From a virus (lineage: Duplodnaviria > Caudoviricetes), in the IMG/VR virus record IMGVR_UViG_2667527450_000001, positions 1-64,000 of that record: a stretch of 64,000 nt of DNA; one strand, written 5' to 3'. This document shows, in pieces, positions 43,765 through 53,807 of the stretch (the stretch's first letter is position 1; each line of letters starts with the position of its first letter). Both the position numbers and the translations under genes were made by a program. The notes beneath the pieces were generated by a model. It saw nothing but the letters and a program-made list of their open reading frames with translations, made no database searches and had not been told where the DNA came from.

Positions 43765-45238
43765 GGCACAGCGCCGTGAAGCCGAACGACTCCGGCACAT
43801 AGACGTATTCGGCATGCTCGGCTACACACCGACGGCCCGGCAACAGGAGTTCCACGACGCCGACGAATTCGCCGTCTTGATCGGCGGAGCGGCGGGCGGC
43901 GGTAAGAGTAAGGCCCTCACGATGGAGGCCATCCGCGCCTGCGTCCGCTACCCGGGCATCCGGGTTGGCGCGTTCCGCCGCACCTACGGAGAACTCAAAG
44001 AGTCGCTGCTCGCCGAACTGGCGCAGGTGGGCTACGCGGGGGCACTCGGGGCCAGCTGGAACGGCACCGAGTACGAGTTGAAGTTCAACAACGGTTCCCT
44101 ACTCATGTTCCGCTACGCCGAGTCCGTCAAGGATGCGTCCCGCAGGCAGGGCGGCCAGTACCAGATGCTGGTCTTTGATGAGTTGACGCTCACGCCTCCT
44201 GACGTCGTCGCGTTCCTGGAATCCAGGCTCCGCTCGGGACGTAGCGACGTGCCCGTCCTCGGGGTGAAGGCGGGAACGAACCCTGGCGGTCCGGGACACG
44301 GACCGGTGAAAGCGCGGTACGTGGACGCCACCGCCTACGGCACCCGCGTGGCGGTCGACGACCGCGGCAGAACGGTCCGCTTCATCCCCAGCAAGCTGAG
44401 CGACAACCCGCACGTGAACCGGGAGTACGCCGACGACCTCAAGGCCCTCCCGGAGAAGCTCCGCCGGGCCTTCCTCGAAGGAGACTGGGACAGCTTCATG
44501 GGGCAGGCGTTCGCGGAATGGCGCCACGAACGGCACACGGTCGCCCCCATGGCGCTCCCCGCTGCATGGCGGCGGTACGCAGGCATCGACTGGGGCTACA
44601 CAGCGCCCTGGGCAGTCGTGTGGATCGCCGTTGACGAAGACGGCCGGGCCTGGCTGTACCGCGAGCTGTACGCCACCCAGGTCGGCGAGGCTGAGCAGGC
44701 TCGGCGAATACTTGCTGCGGAGGAGGATCGCGAGCAGGTCGCCGTCCGCTACGCCGACGACGCGATGTGGGCAACTCGCGGTGATGCCAAACCGATCGCT
44801 GACGTGTACGCCGAGAACGGGTGCCCGCTCACCGAGGCCGGCAAGGGGCCCGGCAGCCGGATCGCGGGCTGGCAGCGCATGCACTCCTACCTCGCCGAGG
44901 CTCCCGCGTGCCCGCACCATCGGGAGTTGGGATGGGAGACGTGCCCGAAGCTGCACGTCTTCACCAGCTGTGCGAACTTCATCCGCACCGTTCCGGCCCT
45001 GCCGCACGCGACGACGGGCAACCCGGAGGACATCGACACCAACGCTGAGGACCACCTTGCGGACGCGGTCCGCTACGCCGTGATCAATCTCGGTCGTGAA
45101 GCTCGCTTCCACTTCCCGGCCCCGGATCCGGTCGCCCCGGCCCTTGACCCGAACGCCACCAGCAGCCGGCCCGCGCCGGCCGTGCCCAGCATCGGCGGGT
45201 TCCCGATCCTTGAGGGAGGTAGCCCATGGGCGCTCTGA
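43715..45238 (+). CDS. Terminase large subunit
   Basis: GGAAGGGKS Walker A, LVFDEL Walker B, TNPGG, GIDWG, DHLADAVRY. Confidence 0.92.
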   Translation: MTAKLEKLRRLRELQAEAQRREAERLRHIDVFGMLGYTPTARQQEFHDADEFAVLIGGAAGGGKSKALTMEAIRACVRYPGIRVGAFRRTYGELKESLLAELAQVGYAGALGASWNGTEYELKFNNGSLLMFRYAESVKDASRRQGGQYQMLVFDELTLTPPDVVAFLESRLRSGRSDVPVLGVKAGTNPGGPGHGPVKARYVDATAYGTRVAVDDRGRTVRFIPSKLSDNPHVNREYADDLKALPEKLRRAFLEGDWDSFMGQAFAEWRHERHTVAPMALPAAWRRYAGIDWGYTAPWAVVWIAVDEDGRAWLYRELYATQVGEAEQARRILAAEEDREQVAVRYADDAMWATRGDAKPIADVYAENGCPLTEAGKGPGSRIAGWQRMHSYLAEAPACPHHRELGWETCPKLHVFTSCANFIRTVPALPHATTGNPEDIDTNAEDHLADAVRYAVINLGREARFHFPAPDPVAPALDPNATSSRPAPAVPSIGGFPILEGGSPWAL

Positions 45239-46740
45239 GCTGGATCCGGGAGACCTTCCGCCGAACTCCTGCCGCAGAAGCGGCGGCTGGAACTTCGATC
45301 GCGCCGCCGACTCCGGCGCAGGTACGTCGTACTGGCTTCGAGTACGGGCTGCCGCTCAACATCCAGAACACGTCGTCGTTGACCTCTGCCACCAGCGAGC
45401 GGCAGCAGGTTCTCGCGCAGCTGCACCAGGCGTACATGTCCTGCAACTGGGTTTCGGCATCTGTGGACCTGATCGCGCGGACCGTCACGGCTGGCGGCCT
45501 GCAAGCTGTCGCCGATGACGACGGGACCGGTACCGCGCTCGTGACTCCCGAGGTAGCCCGGCTCCAGAGGCTGATGAGGTTCACCAACCCGCGCGAGGAC
45601 ATGGTCCAGCTGCTCAGGTGCGTGGCCACGGACCTACTGTTGTTCGGTGACGCCTACATCGAGATCGTCTACCTGCTCGGCGAACCCGTAGCGCTGTATA
45701 CGCTCGACGCGACCACGATGACCGTGATCGCGGACCAGCACGGCGAGGTGTCCGGCTACATCCAGGATGTCGACGGTGTCCGCACCGCGCAGTTCGATGC
45801 GGATCAGGTTATCCACATCTCTTTGGACGCTCCCCGCGGTGGCCTATACGGGGTCAGCCCGGCGCAGAAGTGCTTGCTGCCGGTCACCGCGTGGCTGTTC
45901 ACGATGGCCACGATCAAGGAGTGCTTCAGGCGTGGTGACCCGCCGCGGCTGCATGTCGATCTCGCCCACTTCCAGGACAACGACGTTCAACGCTGGCGGG
46001 AGCAGTACCGGGTGTTCAACCTCGGTCCGAAGGCTGTCGGGGAGCCCGTGCTGACGACCGGTGGGGGCGGGGTGCAGGTTCTGGACCAGAGGAAGGTCAC
46101 CGACTATCTAGACGCGGACCGGCAGTTGCGGGACCAGATCATCGCGGCATTTGGCGTCCCGCCGGCCAAGCTCGGCATCATCGAGACCGGCAACCTCGGC
46201 GGCGGAACGGGCGAGGCTCAGGACAAGACGTTCCGAGTCAACACGATCATTCCCATTGCCAACCTGATCCTGGAAAAGCTCAACTTCCACCTGCTGTTGC
46301 AGGGCTTCGGGATCACGGACTGGCATCTGGAGTTCCAGGAGATCGACTACCGCGATTCGAAGGTGGTCGAAGAGATTAGGGAGATGAGGCTCCGCGCGGG
46401 CGCCTACTCACTGAACCGGTGGCGTGCCGAGATCGGCGAACCCCCAGTCGAAGGCGGCGACACCCCTATCTTCATGGAGCGCACGTTCATCGCCGATTGG
46501 GCCAACATGGAAGACCTCGCCAAGAGCTTCATCGTCAAGAACCTTGGGGCGTCAGCCCAGCAGCCCGGTAGTGCACCGCAGGACCCGAACGACCTTGCCC
46601 CGCCCGCATCCGGCGACGGACCAAGCGACCCGGAAGACGGGCCTGGCTTGTCGAAGGACGCGGCGCAGGGTGAGCCACCGGAGGAGATGTGGGATGACCT
46701 CTACCGGCGCATCCTCAACGAGACCCTCGCTGGAGTCTGA
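45226..46740 (+). CDS. Portal protein
   Basis: LLFGDAYIE, YGVSP, IIAAFGVPPAKLG, NRWRAEIGEPPVEGGD. Confidence 0.9.
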   Translation: MGALSWIRETFRRTPAAEAAAGTSIAPPTPAQVRRTGFEYGLPLNIQNTSSLTSATSERQQVLAQLHQAYMSCNWVSASVDLIARTVTAGGLQAVADDDGTGTALVTPEVARLQRLMRFTNPREDMVQLLRCVATDLLLFGDAYIEIVYLLGEPVALYTLDATTMTVIADQHGEVSGYIQDVDGVRTAQFDADQVIHISLDAPRGGLYGVSPAQKCLLPVTAWLFTMATIKECFRRGDPPRLHVDLAHFQDNDVQRWREQYRVFNLGPKAVGEPVLTTGGGGVQVLDQRKVTDYLDADRQLRDQIIAAFGVPPAKLGIIETGNLGGGTGEAQDKTFRVNTIIPIANLILEKLNFHLLLQGFGITDWHLEFQEIDYRDSKVVEEIREMRLRAGAYSLNRWRAEIGEPPVEGGDTPIFMERTFIADWANMEDLAKSFIVKNLGASAQQPGSAPQDPNDLAPPASGDGPSDPEDGPGLSKDAAQGEPPEEMWDDLYRRILNETLAGV

Positions 46741-46930
46741 ACCCCTCCGCGGGCACACCGACGAGCTGACCGCCGACCAACTCGGCGGGTTCGAGGTCCG
46801 CTGGTACGACCACAACGGCGGTCGGCGCGTAGGCCCGTTCGACCGCATGGACGAGGTCGCCCTCTACATGGCCGAGCACGACCTGGACGCCCCCGACGAG
46901 CTACTCGCACCGGTTGATCCCGGGAGGTGA
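46694..46930 (+). CDS. Small hypothetical protein
   Basis: GAGGAG RBS within the portal 3' end; plausible globular C-terminus. Confidence 0.45.
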   Translation: MTSTGASSTRPSLESEPLRGHTDELTADQLGGFEVRWYDHNGGRRVGPFDRMDEVALYMAEHDLDAPDELLAPVDPGR

Positions 46931-47031
46931 CGACCATGGGTGGCGGACATCCGACGCGGGCACAGGATGTGGGCCCGCTGATCGCCAAGGAGATCGGCTG
47001 ACGCCAGGTCGTGGCCTGCAAGGAGGTGGCC

Positions 47032-47805
47032 GTGCCTGATGCCACCATCCAACTCCGGTCCCTCAAAGGCGTCTGGCGGCCGGTCTACGCACACCGTCAA
47101 GCCCTGCACGCCACCGCCGACGCCATCGTGCTCGCCGCGTGGAAACGCGACGCGCACGGCCTTGACCTCGCGCCGGCCGTCGCCGCGTGGCAGCAACTCC
47201 TCGGCGAATCTGCCGACCCGGCGCAGCGGCACCGCCGTCAGACCGCAGCTGCTGCGGTGCTCGGCATCCTCAGCGCCTGGTCCTGGCAGCGCACCCGCAC
47301 AGCCATCGCCCTCGCCGCGAAACGAGCCCACCGCGCCGGATGGGCCGCCGGACGCGCCCTCGTCACCCAGGACCCCGACGACGACACCCCCTACGACACC
47401 GGACCCAGCAGCCCCCACGTCATCGGCTCGCCCGACATGAGCGACGACACCGCGGACGGCACTGCTACGGCTGTCCTCACCGCAGCACTATCCGCCACCG
47501 CTGACCGAGCCGGCAGAGCCATCGCCGACAGCACCGACGACCCGGCAGATGACGGCGAGGACACCATCGAGACCGCCCTCGACCTCGCACTCCTCACCGA
47601 CGCCGCGGTATCCGCCGCCTACGGCGCGGGCATGCTCGCCGCCTACCTCGCCGCCGGCACCAGGTCCGTTCTATGGCTGACCGCGGGCGACGGCAGGGTG
47701 TGTGAACGCTGCTCGGACGCCGAAGCCGGCAGCCCGTACAGCCTCCTCGCCGCCCCGACACTGCCGCAGCATCCGAACTGCCGCTGCTGCCTCGCCCCCG
47801 CCTGA
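47032..47805 (+). CDS. Minor head protein (Mu gpF / SPP1 gp7-like)
   Basis: WLTAGDGRVCERC...HPNCRC. Confidence 0.8.
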   Translation: MPDATIQLRSLKGVWRPVYAHRQALHATADAIVLAAWKRDAHGLDLAPAVAAWQQLLGESADPAQRHRRQTAAAAVLGILSAWSWQRTRTAIALAAKRAHRAGWAAGRALVTQDPDDDTPYDTGPSSPHVIGSPDMSDDTADGTATAVLTAALSATADRAGRAIADSTDDPADDGEDTIETALDLALLTDAAVSAAYGAGMLAAYLAAGTRSVLWLTAGDGRVCERCSDAEAGSPYSLLAAPTLPQHPNCRCCLAPA

Positions 47806-47815
47806 GGAGGACCCC

Positions 47816-48142
47816 ATGGCACACAACCCAGTCATGACGCTGGTCGACGACAACAGCAGCAGCATCGGCGGCTCCGCGACCGTGCCTATCGCGGCCGGGG
47901 CGGGAACCGTAGTCGTCAAAGGGGCCGCAGGGCGATTGTGCCGAGTCGTGGTGACAGCAGCGGGCAGCACCGGCGCAGTGACGTTCTACGACAACGCGAG
48001 CGCGGCATCGGGCACCGTCCTCGCCGTTGTTCCGGGCGGTGCGGCAGTCGGCACCGTCTATGAGACCCAGATGCCTGCGGCGAATGGCATCGTCGCATCA
48101 GCTGCCGCATCCTCCGTGGCCCTCACCGTCGCCTACTCCTGA
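47816..48142 (+). CDS. Small beta-rich virion protein
   Basis: GAGGAGG RBS; VKGAAGRL..TFYDN. Confidence 0.65.
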   Translation: MAHNPVMTLVDDNSSSIGGSATVPIAAGAGTVVVKGAAGRLCRVVVTAAGSTGAVTFYDNASAASGTVLAVVPGGAAVGTVYETQMPAANGIVASAAASSVALTVAYS

Positions 48143-48159
48143 TGAGAAGGGATGGGCTG

Positions 48160-48381
48160 ATGTACGAGATCCCCAAGCGAAGGGCCGTCCGCCGCGCGGT
48201 CACCCGCGACCAGGTCGCAGAAGCCGAAGCGCAAGCCGCCCTGATCGAGACCCTGATCGACGCCATCGACAACGAGCCCGAGGTACGCGCCGCGATCCTC
48301 CGCGTCGTCGCCGGCGGACAGATGTCCCGCCGACCACGCCCCACGACCACTCAGCCCGTGCGACGCGGAAGGGGGCGGTGA
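48160..48381 (+). CDS. Hypothetical protein
   Basis: Coupled to the protease gene. Confidence 0.6.
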   Translation: MYEIPKRRAVRRAVTRDQVAEAEAQAALIETLIDAIDNEPEVRAAILRVVAGGQMSRRPRPTTTQPVRRGRGR

Positions 48382-50060
48382 TGGACAAGCGGATCGCCAC
48401 AATCTCGGGCACGATGCTCACCCCTGGTGTCTCCCGAAACAAGAGGTTCTACTCAACCGAGTTGATCGCGCGGGCTGCGAAGCGGATGCAGGAACGCATC
48501 TCCGACCCCGACGGTTTGCCCATCGTCATGCGCACCCACCACAACGCAGGTGACGACTCCCGGAAGATCGTCGGACGGCTCACTCAGGTGAAGGTCGGCG
48601 AAGACGGGGCCGCCTCCTACTCCGCGGACCTCTACGACACCGCGCCCGGCCGGGACATTGCCGCCCTCATCACCGGGAAGAACCCGGCGCTGAAGTCGGT
48701 GAGCATCCACGGCTATTGGCTGGGGCCAGTGAAGCGCGTTGCCCACGAGGGCGAATCGGTCACCACCGCTGAAGACTTGGAGGTCGACGCGCTCGACTTC
48801 ACCGCCAGTCCCGGCGTCCTCGGGGCGAACGTCGCTGCCGCGTCCTACCTCCCCGACGCACCCGCGGCAGCGGAGTCGACTGCCGGCCGCACGCCGATCA
48901 GCGAATCGGTGGAGGCAACGGTGGAAGCGATCACGGAAGCGGCGCCAGTGGACGAAGCGGGCTACTCCGGCAAGCAGCGGCGCCAGATGGCGGCCAAGGG
49001 CCAGGCCATGAATGACGGCGCCTATCCGATCGCCAGCAAGAAGGATCTGCGGAAGTCGATCCGCGCGGTCGGCCGCGGCGGAGCAGATCACGACGCGATC
49101 AGGCGCCACATCGTCAAGCGGGCCCAGGCCCTCGGCCTCACCAGCCTCATCCCCGACAACTGGAAGGCCGACGGCTCCATGAAGGAGAACACCACCCGCC
49201 TGCTCGACGTCCGCGAGTACTACCCCGACGGGCCCGAGGGGCAGGCCGGCTTCTGCATCGACGCGTTCAACGGCCCCATTTCGCTGACGATGCGGGCATG
49301 CGGCATCGACCCCGCAGATCTCCGCGCCATCACACAGGCCGCCATGTGCGCGGCCGTCGATGCTCTCCAGGCGATGGACCCGGACATGGACGCCGACATC
49401 GACGTGGACGACACCGATAGCGACGACGGCGGAGAGAGCGCCCCCGAGCCGCCGGCCGCAGCAAGCGAGGCACTCAAGCCCGCTACCGCGGACGTCGACG
49501 ACGCCCTCACCCAGACCGCCCCGCCCGACCGAGGCGCGGCCACCACCACGACAGAGGAGGAGGCCGCCATGGGCGAGCCCACCACCGAAACCGACCAGAC
49601 CGCGGCCCCCGCCCGGTCCCTCACCGACGCGGACATCAGCGCCCTCGGCGCCCTTTTCGGAGCCGCCCTCAAGGAGAGCCTCGCACCGGTCACCGTCGCC
49701 CTCGCCGAGAACGCCCCCAAGGCCAGCAAGAGCGAGAGCGAAGCCACTGAGAGCGCCGACGTCAAGCGCGGCAGGGAGGCGAAGGAGTCCAAGAAGGCCA
49801 AGGTCGCCAAGCTCCAGGAGACCGTGCGCGCCGAGATGGCCGAGCTCAAGGAGTCCCTCCGCGAGGAACTGCTGCCCAAGGTCCGCGACGAGCTCCGCGA
49901 GGAACTCCTCCGCGAGAACGGGCTCCCGCCCCGGAAGGGCTACCGAGTCCACGAAAACGAGCAGTCGGGGCCGGACGAGACCAGTCCCGAAGACCTCTAC
50001 AGGAACCGAGCCGAGCTGCTCCTAGGCGAGTTCGGCCGTACACCCCAGCCCGCCCAGTAG
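48381..50060 (+). CDS. Prohead protease / scaffold fusion (probable internal scaffold start at 49569)
   Basis: GVSRNKRFY...H...VSIHG...LDFTASPG protease; DUF6582-like middle; acidic/coiled-coil C-terminus. Confidence 0.8.
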   Translation: MDKRIATISGTMLTPGVSRNKRFYSTELIARAAKRMQERISDPDGLPIVMRTHHNAGDDSRKIVGRLTQVKVGEDGAASYSADLYDTAPGRDIAALITGKNPALKSVSIHGYWLGPVKRVAHEGESVTTAEDLEVDALDFTASPGVLGANVAAASYLPDAPAAAESTAGRTPISESVEATVEAITEAAPVDEAGYSGKQRRQMAAKGQAMNDGAYPIASKKDLRKSIRAVGRGGADHDAIRRHIVKRAQALGLTSLIPDNWKADGSMKENTTRLLDVREYYPDGPEGQAGFCIDAFNGPISLTMRACGIDPADLRAITQAAMCAAVDALQAMDPDMDADIDVDDTDSDDGGESAPEPPAAASEALKPATADVDDALTQTAPPDRGAATTTTEEEAAMGEPTTETDQTAAPARSLTDADISALGALFGAALKESLAPVTVALAENAPKASKSESEATESADVKRGREAKESKKAKVAKLQETVRAEMAELKESLREELLPKVRDELREELLRENGLPPRKGYRVHENEQSGPDETSPEDLYRNRAELLLGEFGRTPQPAQ

Positions 50061-50174
50061 GCAGGCAGCACCTCCTGAAGGCCCGCAGATCGGGACCTTC
50101 GCATCTCCACCCACCACCCCAGCCCTGCACGGCACCGGCCGCGTGGGGCTTTCGCATGAAGAGGAGGCGCTTCC

Positions 50175-51536
50175 ATGGCCAGCGAGCTGGAAGAAGCCAT
50201 CACCACCGCAGGCGCGGTAAGTCCGCTCATTCCGAAGGCGATTTCGCCGCTGCTGCTGGAGTACCAGCGGCGGTATGCGCCACTGCTCGCCGCGATCCCG
50301 AGCCGGCAGTGGAACTCGACGCAGTACTTCTTCAACCGTCGCGTCGCCCGCCCGGACTCCGGTGGTGTTGTTGACGGCGGTGCCCGACCGATCGGGAACA
50401 GCACCTACGAGCAGGCTGTGTTCAACATCAGGTTGTTCCAGGCCGTCGGCTCCGTCACCGGGTTCGCTCAGACCGTCACCCGCGACGTGGTCGGTGACCT
50501 CCGTCAGCTGGAGCTCGATGGCACTGTCACCAGCATGCTGTGGACCCTGGAGAACAGCTTCGTGTGGGGTCACGACGGCGCCACTGCCAACGGCCAGTAC
50601 CCGATCTGCTCTGGCCTCGACTACCTCGTGTCCAACTGGACCGCCGGAACCGGCAGCAACAACTACGTGAACGCGCTGGACATCAACAACACGTTCGGCC
50701 TGCACTACCTCGACCAGCTCATCGACCTCGTCGAGACCAACGCCGCCATGCCGGTCGGCAGCAACTGGATGTTCGTAATGAGCCCGCGCATGGCCTCGGC
50801 GGTCAGCCAGTCCCTGGTCGCACAGCAGCGTTTCGCCGCTCCCACCACCCAGATCGGTGCCGGCCTCAACGTGCCGACGTACCGCGACATCCCGATCATC
50901 AAGTCGTCGTTCCTCAGCCCCCGGTCGAACACCATGGGCACCGTGACCACGGCGACATCCACCTCCGGTGGATCGCTGGCCGCGGCCACCTACTACTACC
51001 GGGTGTCCGCCGTAGTCGCGCGGTTCGGCGAGATCTCCGCTTCGACCGAGGTCTCTCAGACCACCACCGGCTCGGCCTCGACGGTCACGTTGAGCTTCAG
51101 CACGCCGACCAACCTGCCGGACAGCGCCACCCCCGTCCTGTACAAGGTCTACCGCAGCACGGCCACCGGCACCGAGTCCCTGATCGGCACCGTGGACGCC
51201 TTCGACACCACCGGCGCCGCAACCACCTCGATCGTCGACACCGGCGCGAACCTCCTCACCAACTCCTCCGGCAACACTGGCCCGGCCGCATACCAGGGCA
51301 CCAACTCCGGTGCGCTGCCGCGCGGTGGAGCCAACGCCCAGGAGGACGTGTACCTCATCCCGCGCGACGAGAACTTCATGGTGCGGCCCTATACCCGCGA
51401 CATGCAGATCCTGCCGCTCGCACCCACCGTCACGGCTCCGGACAGCCTTCCATTCGCGGTGCTCTGTGACACGACGCTTGCCTGCCGCGGCAGCCGTTAT
51501 GTAGGCCGGCTCTCCCGGCTCTCGGCGACCCTGTAA
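50175..51536 (+). CDS. Major capsid protein with inserted Ig/Fn3-like domain
   Basis: Position after scaffold, strong RBS; GSVTGFAQ; insert TYYYRVSAV...YKVYRST. Confidence 0.85.
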   Translation: MASELEEAITTAGAVSPLIPKAISPLLLEYQRRYAPLLAAIPSRQWNSTQYFFNRRVARPDSGGVVDGGARPIGNSTYEQAVFNIRLFQAVGSVTGFAQTVTRDVVGDLRQLELDGTVTSMLWTLENSFVWGHDGATANGQYPICSGLDYLVSNWTAGTGSNNYVNALDINNTFGLHYLDQLIDLVETNAAMPVGSNWMFVMSPRMASAVSQSLVAQQRFAAPTTQIGAGLNVPTYRDIPIIKSSFLSPRSNTMGTVTTATSTSGGSLAAATYYYRVSAVVARFGEISASTEVSQTTTGSASTVTLSFSTPTNLPDSATPVLYKVYRSTATGTESLIGTVDAFDTTGAATTSIVDTGANLLTNSSGNTGPAAYQGTNSGALPRGGANAQEDVYLIPRDENFMVRPYTRDMQILPLAPTVTAPDSLPFAVLCDTTLACRGSRYVGRLSRLSATL

Positions 51537-51558
51537 TCCCTCCGCGCCTGAACGATCC

Positions 51559-51588
51559 GAAGGGCCCGCGCACGCTGCACGGGCCCCT
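51559..51588 (+). terminator. Hairpin after the capsid gene
   Basis: AGGGCCCG...CGGGCCC. Confidence 0.5.
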
Positions 51589-51608
51589 CACCACCCTGGA
51601 GGCAGCTC

Positions 51609-51842
51609 ATGGCGGATATGCCGCCCCCGCCCGCCTGGTGCGTTGTGGATCTGTTCCATGGCGATCAGGTCCCGGCCGAGACGATCGTCAAGGGCTACAT
51701 GGTGTGCGCAAAGCACCTTTCCTTCCAGGAGGAGTTCTTCCGCCGCTGGGAGGCCATCCAGGACCCCAAGCAGCTCAAGAAGCAGGAGAAGAAGCTGCTG
51801 AAGTCCGTACAGAGTGGAGGGAAGTCAGATGTGGCTTCGTAA
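51609..51842 (+). CDS. Hypothetical protein
   Basis: GGAGG RBS. Confidence 0.6.
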   Translation: MADMPPPPAWCVVDLFHGDQVPAETIVKGYMVCAKHLSFQEEFFRRWEAIQDPKQLKKQEKKLLKSVQSGGKSDVAS

Positions 51843-52116
51843 GACGAAGCTCCTGCCGGGTGGAGCACCTGGCGGCCTGGAGTGGAAGAGCGATCAGGAT
51901 GTGGTGGAGGTCGACGACGAGATCGGCCTCGAACTCATTGCGATTCCCGACGCTGGTTTCTCGGAGGCCGCTCCGCCAGCATCCAGCGGCGCTAACCAGG
52001 ACAAGCCTGCTGCTGGGGCTCCGGCAGATTCGTCGTCTGAAGTGGTGGAGGCCCCTACGGCAGCGCCGAGGAAGCGCGCGTCCCGGAAGCCGGCTTCGAC
52101 TGAGGTTTCTGAGTAG
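51829..52116 (+). CDS. Hypothetical head-region protein
   Basis: GGAGG RBS; basic low-complexity tail. Confidence 0.6.
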   Translation: MWLRKTKLLPGGAPGGLEWKSDQDVVEVDDEIGLELIAIPDAGFSEAAPPASSGANQDKPAAGAPADSSSEVVEAPTAAPRKRASRKPASTEVSE

Positions 52117-52160
52117 CCCGCTGACCGCCCGTCGGCTCGTGAGGGAAGGGGGGAGCGGGA

Positions 52161-52823
52161 GTGGCTACCGACAATCCGAGCCCTCTGGCCAGCGTCGCCG
52201 GCTTCACCGAGGGCCCGTTCGCGAACCTGGTGTCCGGGTTTTCGACGCAGGCGACGACGAACCTGATGCTCCAGGCGACGCGGGCGTGCGAGTCGGCATG
52301 TGACCGCCGGCTGGCCCCGTTCATCGCTGTCGTGGAGACGCAGCGCGCGGACGCGATGGACATCGAGGACGCCATGGACGCCTACGTGCCCCTCGACCCC
52401 ACCAGCCAGCTGGGGTTCTCCCGGGCTCAGTCCCTCGGCTCGACGCTGCTCACCCGGCATTTCTGGGTGCGGGAGCATCCGCCTCGCTACCCAGAACTGT
52501 GGACTGGGAGCATCGCCTCGATCAGCCTGTACCGGTCCTACTCCGGCCAGCAGGCGGTCGCGGTGAACACGGTCCAGTACGAGACCGACACTGGGCATGT
52601 CAGGTTCCAGCTGGGGACTTTCGTGCCGCCGGGGACGACGATCCAGGTGACGTACTCGGGCGGCTACTCCACGGTGCCGGCGGATCTGGTGCAGGCGTGC
52701 CAGTACATGGCCGCGTCCATGGCGGTGAAGCAACTGGACCCGGTGGACGGGCGCAGCGGCCACGATCCGGATGCGCTGCGGGCGGATGCGCTGGAGATGC
52801 TCGCCCCGTACACGAGGCGGTGA
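52161..52823 (+). CDS. Head-tail adaptor
   Basis: ATRACESACDR...VTYSGGYSTVPADLVQAC...LAPY. Confidence 0.8.
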   Translation: MATDNPSPLASVAGFTEGPFANLVSGFSTQATTNLMLQATRACESACDRRLAPFIAVVETQRADAMDIEDAMDAYVPLDPTSQLGFSRAQSLGSTLLTRHFWVREHPPRYPELWTGSIASISLYRSYSGQQAVAVNTVQYETDTGHVRFQLGTFVPPGTTIQVTYSGGYSTVPADLVQACQYMAASMAVKQLDPVDGRSGHDPDALRADALEMLAPYTRR

Positions 52824-52826
52824 GCG

Positions 52827-53048
52827 ATGGCCCGGATTGCGGCAGGCAAGGGTCGGCTCCGGCATCCCCGGCATGGCGCCAGGGCTCGTGGGCGCACGGG
52901 CACTCGCATCGGACTGCGCCACCATAAGCGCCGGCTGCGAACTGTGCACTACGTGCGGCACCGACCGAGGACCGGCAGGGTCCGGCATTCCCGCATGCGC
53001 CACCCGCGGGCGCGTTGGAGCCCCGGCGCGAAGAGGAGGCGACGGTGA
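52827..53048 (+). CDS. Extremely Arg/His-rich small protein
   Basis: GAGG RBS; fills the gap exactly and overlaps the next start (GTGA). Confidence 0.5.
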   Translation: MARIAAGKGRLRHPRHGARARGRTGTRIGLRHHKRRLRTVHYVRHRPRTGRVRHSRMRHPRARWSPGAKRRRR

Positions 53049-53530
53049 CGACGGCTGATGCAGTCGACCGGGAGGTCGCCTGGCTGACGACTGCCGGTGA
53101 TGGCCTTCCGGCGCTGCTGACCGGCGCCGGCGGTCCGTGGGGCAGTATCCAGGCGTACCAGCCGCGCACCCCGGGGCGCCGCAACACCTACGTGATCGTG
53201 CTGCGCAGGCAGATCCACGAGACGAGGTTCGCCAACGTGCGCCGCATGCCGAAGTACGAGTTCCTCCTCAAGCTGGTTTGGCCGCTCACCTCGGGGCAGG
53301 GGCGGGCGGAGGACGACCAGCGGGCGTTCGACGCCGCGGTCGACAAACTCCTCACGCGCATCGGCGGGTTCGCAGGCGACAAGAGCCACGGTGGCCGCTT
53401 CCGATCGGTAGCTGAGGATCCGGCCTATGTGACAGTCCGATTCGACGACCCTGAGCACACGGTGCCCCCTGAGGCCGAGTTCAGGGCCGAGGTCACGTAC
53501 TTCGCCGACGACATCGAGATCAACGGCTGA
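53045..53530 (+). CDS. Putative tail terminator/completion protein
   Basis: Position and size; AGGAGG RBS. Confidence 0.6.
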   Translation: MTTADAVDREVAWLTTAGDGLPALLTGAGGPWGSIQAYQPRTPGRRNTYVIVLRRQIHETRFANVRRMPKYEFLLKLVWPLTSGQGRAEDDQRAFDAAVDKLLTRIGGFAGDKSHGGRFRSVAEDPAYVTVRFDDPEHTVPPEAEFRAEVTYFADDIEING

Positions 53531-53588
53531 CCCACCGCACTTCCAGGCTCCGCCGATCGCGGGGCCTTCTGTATGCCCGGAGGTCCCT

Positions 53589-53807
53589 GTGCGCCAACGC
53601 AGCACCCACGAAGCGCCGGTGGACGTACCGGCCATACCTGCGACGGTCCAGCCCGGCGGGGTCGTCGACTGGCCCAGCCCCATCGCCGGATTCGAGCCTG
53701 TCCCCGACGAGCCTCCGGACACCAAGACGGACGCCCCCGCCAAGACCACCCGCAGCAAGAAGGCCGCGCCGACTGAGGCGCCTACCGGTGAGGAGCCGAA
53801 GCAGTGA
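53589..53807 (+). CDS. Small hypothetical protein
   Basis: GGAGG RBS; coupled to the tail tube gene. Confidence 0.55.
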   Translation: MRQRSTHEAPVDVPAIPATVQPGGVVDWPSPIAGFEPVPDEPPDTKTDAPAKTTRSKKAAPTEAPTGEEPKQ

